In this document: positions 54,570 to 64,000 of the stretch, piece by piece
How the letters are laid out: each line of letters begins with the position of its first letter
Numbering within the stretch: position 1 is the first letter of the stretch
Assembly: GCF_009914755.1 (NCBI RefSeq)
Contig: NC_060925.1
Strand: one strand, 5' to 3'
Source of the DNA: the human T2T-CHM13v2.0 reference genome, Homo sapiens
DNA: 64,000 nt
Translations under genes and position numbers: made by a program
The notes under the pieces: generated by a model
Databases searched by the model: none
What the model was told of the DNA's origin: nothing
The model's input: only the letters and a program-made list of their open reading frames with translations

Positions 54570-54797
54570 GTGGGTGCGCGTGGACGGGGCCGGGTGGGTG
54601 CGCCCGGAGTTGGGGATGGGTGGGTGCGTGCGGTGTTGGGGGGCTGGGTGGGTGCGCACAGAGGGATGACGGGTGGGTGCGCGCGGAGTTGGGGGGCCGG
54701 GTGGGTGTGCGCAGAGGGGAGGTGGCTGGGTGGGGTGTGCACGGAGGGGGTATGACGGGGGCGGGGGGGGCGGGGTGCACGTGGAGGGGGCCGGGGA
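54570..54797 (+). repeat. G-rich ~24-28-bp repeat containing copies of the exon 11 donor (GTGGGTG); G-quadruplex potential
   Basis: GTGGGTG starts at 54570, 54594, 54620, 54648, 54673 and 54701. Confidence 0.88.
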
Positions 54798-56017
54798 CCT
54801 TCTCCAGGGGTCAGCAGGGAGCTCAAGGGAGGGAAGTCCAGGTAGGATGGCAGAGGGCATCATGTCCCCCACAGTGTGACGTCCCCTGCATTGTGACACA
54901 TTCCATATTTGCTCCAGAGTCACAACATTTGGGAGGTCTCCTGAGTTATGGTGCCTCAGACCAGTCCCCCAGGCCCCACCCCTGAAGCAGCACCATGCCT
55001 CATCCGAGAGAAGTGAGAGTCTCCTGGGATTGTGCTGTCTTCATGGTGGCTCTGCCCTGGTTCTGCTCTTCACCCTGTTAGTGGCACAGCATGGCCAGCA
55101 TTTCCTCAGCGTTAGGAGCAGAACGAGAGTGGTCTGTTTCTAGAGTGACCTGAGAGACTCCTTCCTGCCCTTCCCTTTCATCTCTGATATCTTCGGGCCT
55201 CCCCTGGCAGCCAAGGGGCCTCCAGCATGGTTCAGGAGCCTCCCCCGGCAGCCGCGGGACCTCCAGGACCGTTTGGGGGCTTATTTCAGCTCCCTGGACC
55301 TTTCCTGTCTTTTGTAGTTTCTCCTTTTCCTCATTTCCTTACTTAAGAACGTTGCATGCAGTTTTGTGAGTCACCTTAGATTGTTTCTGGCAATAGGACA
55401 GTAGGCAATAAATCTAGAACAGTACACTTCCCACAACGCTGTTTTTAAAAACTGTGGCAAGATACACACAACATAAAAGGTAGCATTTTGGGGCATGGAA
55501 TTCAGTGGCGTTGAATGCACCCCATGCTTTGCAGCCACTGCTGGCCCCCGTCTCATCTCCAGAGCACGCCCCTCTTCCCTGCTGAAGCTTGGCCCATCAG
55601 ACACTCCCTCCCTGTCCCCCGCCCCAGCCTCACATCCTCACCCCAGACGGGCACGTCCCACTTTCTGTCCCTCTGATTCGAGGACTCTAGGGACCTCATC
55701 GGAGTGGAATCACAGTGTTGGTCCTTCGGTGGCTCATTTTCCTGAGCATAGCGTCCTCAAGATTCATCCGTGCTGTGGCCTGTCTCAGAATTGCCTTCCT
55801 TTTTCAGGCTGGATAATGCCCCGTTGGATGGAGGGGCCACACTTTGCTTATCCGTCCATCCCTCGGGGGGCACTTGAGTGGCATCCACATGTTGGCCATG
55901 GTGAACAGTGCTGCTGTGAACATGGGTGTGAAGTAATCTCTTGAACACCCTGCTTCCGGTTCTTTGGGGTATACACCCAGAAACTGAATTGCTAACCACA
56001 TAAGAATTCCATATTTA

Positions 56018-56327
56018 GGCCGGGCGTGGTGGCTCACGCCTGTAATCCCAGCACTTTGAGAGGCCAAGGCGGGCGGATCACGAGGTCAGGAGATCGAGAC
56101 CATCCTGGCTAACACGGTGAAATAACACAGTGAAACCCTGTCTCTACTAAAAATACAAAAAATTATCCAGGTGTGGTGGCGGGCGCCTGTAGTCCTAGCT
56201 ACTCGGGAGGCTGAGGCAGGAGAATGGCGTGAACCTGTGGGCAGAGCTTACAGTGAGCCAAGATCGCGCCATTGCACTCCAGCCTGGGTGACAGAGTGAA
56301 ACTCTGTCTCAAAAAAAAAAAAAAAAA
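56018..56327 (+). mobile_element. Alu (AluY-like); TSD-like CATATTTA
   Basis: aggagatcgagaccatcctggctaacacggtg; short internal duplication AACAC(G/A)GTGAAA. Confidence 0.93.
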
Positions 56328-56339
56328 GGTCATATTTAA

Positions 56340-56635
<296 letters not shown>

Positions 56636-56805
56636 ACCGTGTTTAATTTTCGAGGACCTGCCGGACTGTCTTCCGCAGCAGCGGCGCTGTTCTGCACTCC
56701 TACCACAACGTGCCATGGCTCCGGTCTTTCCCGCATGGAAGCTGTCGTGTTATTTGCCCGCTCCTCCCCTTGTGGAGGCTGCCACATCGTTCTCTGTGTC
56801 TTTGA

Positions 56806-57183
<378 letters not shown>

Positions 57184-57269
57184 TGACCATCCCGCATGTG
57201 CGTCTCGGGGCGCCTGTCCCGCGGGGTAGTGTCTACAAGAACCCTCTCCCAGTAACTTTGCCCCCACAG

Positions 57270-57357
57270 GAAGGCCTGGGCCCTGGTGACACAACGAGCA
57301 CTTTCTGCGGAACCCCGAATTACATCGCCCCCGAAATCCTGCGGGGAGAGGAGTACG
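57270..57357 (+). CDS. PRKCZ: PRKCZ exon 13 (activation loop; PDK1 site Thr410 at 57300-57302; APE motif)
   Basis: ccacag|GAAGGC ... TACG|gtgagt; 88 nt; [29 protein letters not shown]. Confidence 0.98.
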
Positions 57358-57807
57358 GTGAGTGCCGCTGCCCTGGCCCCTCTCGGAGCACACAGGGCCA
57401 GAGATGGCTTCGGGCCTGGCCCAGCAGCCAGGGAGAGGTGTCCTTGACCATCTTACACCCAAAAGCCACACACTGTCTTTCCCAGCCGGATGTCATCATC
57501 TGGCCTCAGCCCCTTATTTGAATTCTGGAAAACCTCCCATGTCCACTTGAGCAGCTCCTTGGGGAGGGCACTGCACAGGATTCCTCCTGCCAGGGAGCCC
57601 CGGGGCACAGGGAGGGGAAAGACACAGAAAGCGGGGGTGGGACAGGGTGCAGCACCTGAGTCCCCGTGCTGCACGAGTGGCTGGGGGAGAAGCTGTTGTC
57701 TGGGGAGCCCCAGGGGGTGCAGGAGCGTGTGGACAGGACCCCACAGGCCCTGCGGCTGAGGACGCCGTGCACACCAGAGTGTTTCTGCTCCTCTCCCCTC
57801 TCTGGGC

Positions 57808-57990
57808 GTGAAACGGGGACATGGGCACGCGTGTGCAGCCGTGTGTGCGTGTGTGAAACGGGGACGTGGGCACGCGTGTGCAGCCGTGTGTGCGTGTGTG
57901 AAACGGGGATGTGGGCACGCGTGTGCAGCCGTGTGTGCGTGTGTGAAACGGGGACGTGGGCACGTGTGTGCAGCCCTGTGTGCGTGTGTG
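57808..57990. repeat. Four-copy 45-bp GT-rich tandem repeat
   Basis: GTGAAACGGGGACGTGGGCACGCGTGTGCAGCCGTGTGTGCGTGT four times. Confidence 0.95.
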
Positions 57991-58865
57991 CCGTTGGGCT
58001 GAGTGTTCGTGTGTCGGGCATCCATGTGTGTTGTGTGCACATGCATACTGTGTTTGTACACACTCCACCCACTTCTGCATCCTGGTGTTTTCAATGAGGC
58101 ATGCATGGTGTGCCTTCAGACATTTTTACACATTTTTTTTGCCATCAGAATGGGTGTGGGGCAGGCAGGGCGGGCAGGTCACTCGCCGCTGGGATAACTG
58201 GGCTCCCCAGCGGCCACAATGGAAGTCTCAGTAGCCAGAGAAGGACAGACAGCAGATTGGAGGACTGGAATATAGTCTAGAACCCAGCTTGGGATGGGGA
58301 TTCCGTGTGGGACAGCGGCAGCGTCTCACCTCAGCAGGGACCAGGGGGACTTCCGGGGACGCAGAGACAGCTGCTGTCCTTGGGCAAAACGGGTCAGGGT
58401 CTCCCACCCCTCATTCGCTGGAACACATTCCCAACAGGTTGACTACTTGAACCTTTTTAAAAAACAAAATGGCTGTAGAAGGAAACACAGGAGAGTATTT
58501 CCGTTACTGCGGCGAAAGGGCTTCTTCAAGCTTAGTTCTGTAGAAGCAGAAACGAGAGAGGAGGGTCGTCCGCAGGTTCCACCAGTGCCTCGTGCCGGTG
58601 TGGTCACAGGTGCCCTGGCAGGACCGACAGCCCAGAGGCAGCCTGGGAGACCTCCGTAGTGTCAGGGACGGTGGCAGGGAGGCCGAGCTGCCAGGTGGAG
58701 GTGCTGGTTCTGTTTGGGAAGTGGAAGTCACAGAGGCCTGTGTGCCGCCTGCTCAAGCCTGGCTCACACTCGTGTCAACTGGGCATGAAAACCAACGCCA
58801 GCCAGGTTCGTCCTGCTGCCGGCCCATGTGGCCCCACTCGGTGATGGCTGTGTGCTCTCCCCCAG

Positions 58866-58985
58866 GGTTCAGCGTGGACTGGTGGGCGCTGGGAGTCCTC
58901 ATGTTTGAGATGATGGCCGGGCGCTCCCCGTTCGACATCATCACCGACAACCCGGACATGAACACAGAGGACTACCTTTTCCAAG
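58866..58985 (+). CDS. PRKCZ: PRKCZ exon 14
   Basis: ccccag|GGTTC ... CCAAG|gtgcgt; 120 nt; (G)[39 protein letters not shown]. Confidence 0.98.
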
Positions 58986-59425
58986 GTGCGTGCCCCGCTG
59001 TGCGTTCGTACCCCTCACCTGCACGACTGTCTTCCTTCCTTTTCAAAGGTGCAGGTGGAGGGGTCCCGCGGGTGCCTGGAGCGGCAGTGCCATGCAAAGC
59101 GTACCGGGAACCATTCCTCCTGGCCAGACCCTGTGTCACATGCCACTCCCCGGGCCGTGGGGTGGGGTTACCACACCTGTGGGTCAGCAGGAAAGAGAAC
59201 CTGTCCCCATTCAGCTCCAACTCCCTCCTGCCCTGGCCAGCAGCACATGCTGGAGCCCCAGCATGTCCTTGACCGAGGCTGTACCGAGCTGAAAGCACAG
59301 CCCCCACCCCCAAAACCCACAGCCACCATCATGGGCTCCTTCCCACCTGGAGGCCCCGGGACCTGCTCCTGGTCTGGAATTCAGTGCTGTGGGGATGTGG
59401 GATCTGGGAACGCGGCTGTCTCCGC

Positions 59426-59443
59426 GGTGCCCTCTGGTGGCCA
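59426..59443 (-). promoter_or_regulatory. Candidate CTCF motif
   Basis: Minus strand reads TGGCCACCAGAGGGCACC, close to the CTCF core consensus. Motif match only. Confidence 0.45.
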
Positions 59444-59722
59444 GCCTGCAGAGGCACCCGTGTACCTGCGATCTTGGGGCTGAGGAAGGGGAGCTGCTGG
59501 TTCACGTCCGATCCTACGACACGTGCCAGCGCATGTAACCAGGAGGCCCAGGGAGGACCCGGCGGGACTCCGGGTTATAGATATTGCTGGGCTGTAGGAA
59601 GGGAGGGGCTCCGGGGCCCCAAGGCTGAGCTCCCAAAGCTCTTGCTCAGAGTCAGAGTCTGGGCGGCACTGGGCAAATGGCACACAACACAGGCAAGTCC
59701 TCACCAGGCTCCGCCCTTGCAG

Positions 59723-59802
59723 TGATCCTGGAGAAGCCCATCCGGATCCCCCGGTTCCTGTCCGTCAAAGCCTCCCATGTTTTAAAAGGATTTTTAAATA
59801 AG
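59723..59802 (+). CDS. PRKCZ: PRKCZ exon 15
   Basis: cttgcag|TGATC ... AATAAG|gtacgt; 80 nt; (V)ILEKPIRIPRFLSVKASHVLKGFLNK. Confidence 0.97.
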
Positions 59803-60192
59803 GTACGTTTCTGGCCATGCTGACAAAATCTCGTTTGTGGCCTCGGTGTTGGTGGGCAGAGGGCCAGGCACGGCTGTTGGCCATTTTTTCATGTCGGCTG
59901 CTGTGTATCGGGTGTGTGGGTTGATTTTCCGCTTCAGTATTTGAGCTCTGTGTTCTGTGAATCGTCCGTTTTTACTCACACCTAACAAAATGAGAATGTG
60001 TGCCCAAGGAAAATGGAACGGAGCTTAACGTACGGGGAAGGAACTTTCAATAAAGGAAACATCTGATTTCCACCACCTGGGTCAGAGCATCGGGGGAGGG
60101 CTTGTCAGCACTGGGAGTGGCCACCAAGGAGAGGGGGTCATGGGGCTTCCGGGATGGGGCTGACTTGTCCTTGTTTGAACTCTGACCTCCAG

Positions 60193-60282
60193 GACCCCAA
60201 AGAGAGGCTCGGCTGCCGGCCACAGACTGGATTTTCTGACATCAAGTCCCACGCGTTCTTCCGCAGCATAGACTGGGACTTG
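60193..60282 (+). CDS. PRKCZ: PRKCZ exon 16 (end of kinase core); remaining exons lie beyond the window
   Basis: ctccag|GACCCC ... GACTTG|gtaaag; 90 nt; [30 protein letters not shown]. Confidence 0.97.
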
Positions 60283-60306
60283 GTAAAGCATCACAAAGCC
60301 TATTTG

Positions 60307-60554
60307 CACCCCCATCCCCATCCCAACCCCAAATCTACCCAACCCCCATCCCAACCCCAACCCCAATATCCACCCAACCCCCACCCCACCCCATCCGAAC
60401 CCCAATATCCATCCCAACCCCAAATCCATCCAACCCTCACCCCACCACCAACCCAACCCCCAGCCCAACTCCCACCCCAACCCCCAACTCAACCCCCACC
60501 CCAATATCCACCCAACCCCACTCCAACCCCTACACCCCCAACCCCTCCAACCCC
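60307..60554. repeat. C-rich degenerate (CCCCAA/CCCCAT/CCCAA)n tract; G4 potential on the template strand
   Basis: Directly visible just after the exon 16 donor. Confidence 0.92.
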
Positions 60555-61300
60555 TATAATCTGGTGGACAGAGCCGGGGCTGTGTGGGCCTGGTGGGCTG
60601 TGTGAGCTCGCGCACCGCCGGGCTGGTCTTTGACATGGCCCCACTTGCGTGGAGCCAAGGCTCCTGTCTCCCAGAAGGGTCAGCTGGGAATGGGGGACCA
60701 CCCTCCAGGGCCCCGAGGAGGGATGGGGAGACACATTTCGTCCTCCGGAGCCAGGAGAGTGAGGGGCCGGACGAGCTCGGCCCATGGCGCTTCCTGGCAA
60801 CCCTCGACTGTGCTGGCTTGGTGCCGCCAGGAGCTAGCGGCACATGCGTCCTGACCTGTGAGCACATTGGCTGTTGGTTCCACAGGGATCTGATAGTGGG
60901 GGCCGGCCTAGAGAAGGGCGTTTGCTTTGGTTTCATGGCCGGTTTTATCAGCAGTTACTGGACAGGACCAGCAGTCGCAGCGTTCACGGCTTGAGCTTTA
61001 GCGTCGGGTATTGAAGGAGAGTGAGTCTGTGGACAGGGTGCGACGTACACTGGCTCGATTTAGGAATCTGATTTCGGTGGTGTGTGAGCAGGGTGCATTC
61101 GGTAGAAACTACTTTGAGTTTTGACCGTTCCCCAGCTGGCCGTATGAGGTCAGTACTCTCCTGTGATGAGGGGCGGTGACTGCAGCCCCAGCGGGCCACG
61201 TGATCAGGAGGGGGCCGAATGTCCCGAGGGGCTCTGCGTGCAGGGGGTTTTGCCGGACTGTAGGCTGGCGTGTGTCTGTCAGGTTAAGGCAGGTAAGGCT

Positions 61301-61417
61301 GCGCCGCTTGGTCGTGGGTTCTGTGTGGAAGTGCAGTCTCCACCCAGGATGTTTCCAGCGCCGCTCGGTCGTGGGTTCTGTGTGGGAAGCGCAGTCTCCA
61401 CCTAGGATGTTTCCAGC
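61301..61417. repeat. Two-copy ~57-bp tandem duplication
   Basis: GCGCCGCT(T/C)GGTCGTGGGTTCTGTGTGG..CAGTCTCCACC(C/T)AGGATGTTTCCAGC twice. Confidence 0.9.
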
Positions 61418-62840
61418 ACATGGAGGGTTTATTGGGAGGTGACCTTGTCTGAAGCTGAGGAGCGTCTGTGGAATTTGTTTCCAGCTGTGTAAATGGTTGC
61501 AGAGCTACTGAAATAAAACCTTTAAAATACACTCTCAAGGAAAAAAGCAGATTGGATAGCTCGTTCAGTGCATTTTGGAGGAGGTTGAACTGAATCAGGA
61601 GAAAGCCCAGCTCTAGCTCTGTCCTCCACCCCACCCAACTTTTCCAGGCAGCCTCGGCCAGCGTGGGAGGTCACTCCCTGGCCCCTGTGGTCAGTGGGGG
61701 CCCTTGTCCACACAGCCCAACAAGTCACTTTCTAGTCGAAGGCCTTGCTTTGCCTGTGCATGTGTGGGACCGTGGGGGAAGGTGGGGAGTGAAGTGGTCA
61801 GAACGTGCCCACACCCCTTCCTACATACAGCCCTTCCAGAGCCCAGCTGGGCTGCTGCCAAACTAGGACGGGGCCATTCTCTGTCGTGCGGTTGTCAGAT
61901 GCACACACTTAGAAATGTTCTGAGCATAGGCACCTGCCACGGAATCACCTTCGCAAATTCTTCATTTAAATTTATGCCTCTGGTAGCATAAGGGAGAAGA
62001 GATCTGCCTTTGGTTCTAACTGTCAGTCATCCTCACGCCCAGGCCGGGGTTAGAGGTGGCGTCCCTTTTCTCTGGCTCAGGCACCCCTGGCCTAGTGGGG
62101 TTACTGGTGGCGTTCCCCTATCTCAGGCCACACCTGGCCTAGCTGGTGTTAGTGGTGGCATCCCCTTGTCTCTGGCCCACAGAACCCCTCCGGTCCACAC
62201 ACACACTCAGGTCCAGGTACCACCCGGCTGAACCCGTAGCAGGTGCTTAGTAGAATTACGTGAGGAGCCAGCATCCCCGCTCCCAGCCACCTCCCCTCGC
62301 CCGTCTCAGCTCAGTCTCCCCCGTGCCTTTCCCACCCTCTCTCTTCCAAGCCCACCACCGTATGGGGCCCACCAGCACCATGGGATCCAGGGAGAGCCCG
62401 ATCCTGGGTGCAGCCTTGGTGCCAGCCGGGCCCCTGATCTTGTCTCTCAACCACTCTTGGTTTACCGGGAGTGGACAGATGAGGACAGATGGCTGCCTGT
62501 GGAGTGACGGGCTCCTTCTCTTCGGAGCACTGTCTAATCTGAGTGTGAGTCCAACCCTGCCCGAGCCGGAACTCAAGGAGACCATGAAGCCACCCTTGGC
62601 CTCTAGCTGGGAGAGGTCTGCGTCCCTGCAGCGAGCACGCCAGGTGATCTCTGGCACACACTTGCCGCGGGCTGTCTCTCGGAAGGTAGTCAGCGGCCCT
62701 GGCTTCCCACCTGGGTCCCACCACTGCAGAATCACCCCCGTGGCTGCCCACAGGGGCGGCTTCCATCACCCTGCTTCTTCCTGGCTGCTGCGGGCTGTGT
62801 TGTGACTTCCATCCCAGCCTGAGAGGCCTGCGAAGGGCTT

Positions 62841-62918
62841 GCCACCGACTGCCAGCCCTGCCTCTGCCACCGACCGCCGGCCCTGCCTCTGCCACCGACC
62901 GCCGACCCTGCCTCTGCC
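62841..62918. repeat. Three-copy 25-bp tandem repeat GCCACCGACCGCCGGCCCTGCCTCT
   Basis: Directly visible. Confidence 0.9.
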
Positions 62919-63074
62919 GTTTCCTTGCCACCCATCAGCTCTTGAGGCTTTTAGGAAGAAGTGTGGCTGTTTTGGCCAGATTGCTTTAGCTGTCCTCAGC
63001 AGGGTTGGTGTGGGGTCACCACCACCCCCATGTGACCTTGGCAGAAGGAAGGTCCTCCTCCCATTCACCCAACG

Positions 63075-63625
63075 CCTGCAACTCAGTGGTTCTGAGCAAT
63101 CCCAGAGTTACATGACGTCATCGCGATCACTTTCATCACCCTGTACCCAGAGAAGACCCGAACCCACTCCAGCCTCTCCCCACACCCTGCAGTGGCTGCT
63201 CCGCCAGGCTGTGTGGCTCTGCCTGGTCTGCACATGTCATGGAAGTGGACCTGGGCACACCGCGGCCTTTCGTGCCTGCCCTCCCCTCAGCATTGTCTCC
63301 ACAAGCTGCACCCACACAGTAGCACGTGGCACTGCCTCCTTCCTGCGCTGAACCCCACCCACTGCGTCCACTGCGTGGAGACTGCACCTCTGCATCCGTC
63401 CTCAGTGGACATAGGGTGGCCTCCACTTTCTGGCCATTGTGAATTGTGCTGCCGTGAACACCTGTGAACCCGCTTCTGGGTGGACTCGTGCTGCTGTGAG
63501 CACCTGTGAACCCGCTTCTGGGTGGACACGTGTTTATTTCTCTTGGGCACGTGCTCAGGGCGCAGTTGCAGGTCCGGTGGTCTCAGTCTAGCCTTTCAGG
63601 GGGGCCACCTGTTCCTGCAGCGGCT
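63075..63625 (-). mobile_element. GC-shifted L1 3' end fragment with a small internal duplication
   Basis: tccactttctggccattgtgaattgtgctgccgtgaaca, tttatttctcttggg; CACCTGTGAACCCGCTTCTGGGTGGAC occurs twice. Confidence 0.62.
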
Positions 63626-64000
63626 GCTTTCTGGTCCCTTTGGGGGCCCCCTCAGTCTGTGCTGGACTTAGTTCCATGGCTGTAGTGGGCACAGCTTGAG
63701 AACAGTCCCTCGGTGGGTGTCAGCTCCATGTGGGAGTGGGGCACGTGTGAGGCCTTGGTCCCCACCTGTGGACTCAGGGTCTCTTTCACAGACTGCGGGG
63801 AAGGCAGTGGGAGCAGCAGGAATGGATGGTGAAAGGACACAGTGCCCGCCCCCCGAGTGTCCGAGGGTAGAGCTGGGACAGGGTCACAGTCACCCCAAAG
63901 CCGCCCCCTCCTTGCCTATCCCCAGCTGAACCAGCACCACTCAGGCAGTCGCCGCCACTGGGGTGTGACTCTGGGGCCCGGCACCGGGTCCCCAACACTG

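Overview
Eukaryotic, GC-rich, Alu-dense genomic DNA that I identify as the human PRKCZ locus (atypical protein kinase C zeta / PKM-zeta, 1p36.33) on the + strand. The window starts inside the large intron 4 and contains coding exons 5-16: 1241 nt, about codons 112-525, covering the pseudosubstrate, C1 domain, hinge and most of the kinase domain. Every junction is GT-AG and the phases splice into one continuous frame. The window ends in intron 16. No prokaryotic system, CRISPR array or RNA gene is evident, and almost all other ORF-track entries are repeat or GC-content artefacts. The unusual content is intronic. (1) A ~2.5 kb minisatellite with the telomere hexamer TTAGGG in most units, apparently expanded from inside an MLT1A-type LTR. 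(2) A GC-box/E-box tandem array ~1.5 kb upstream of exon 5. (3) A ~1.6 kb nearly AG-free array of branch-point-like and YCAY motifs before exon 8. (4) Tandem copies of the exon 11 splice donor. (5) An inverted Alu pair with a ~12 nt spacer. (6) An open Pro-rich read-through of exon 16 with a downstream AATAAA. Repeat family names and boundaries are by eye from remembered consensus sequences and are approximate. Functional interpretations are hypotheses.
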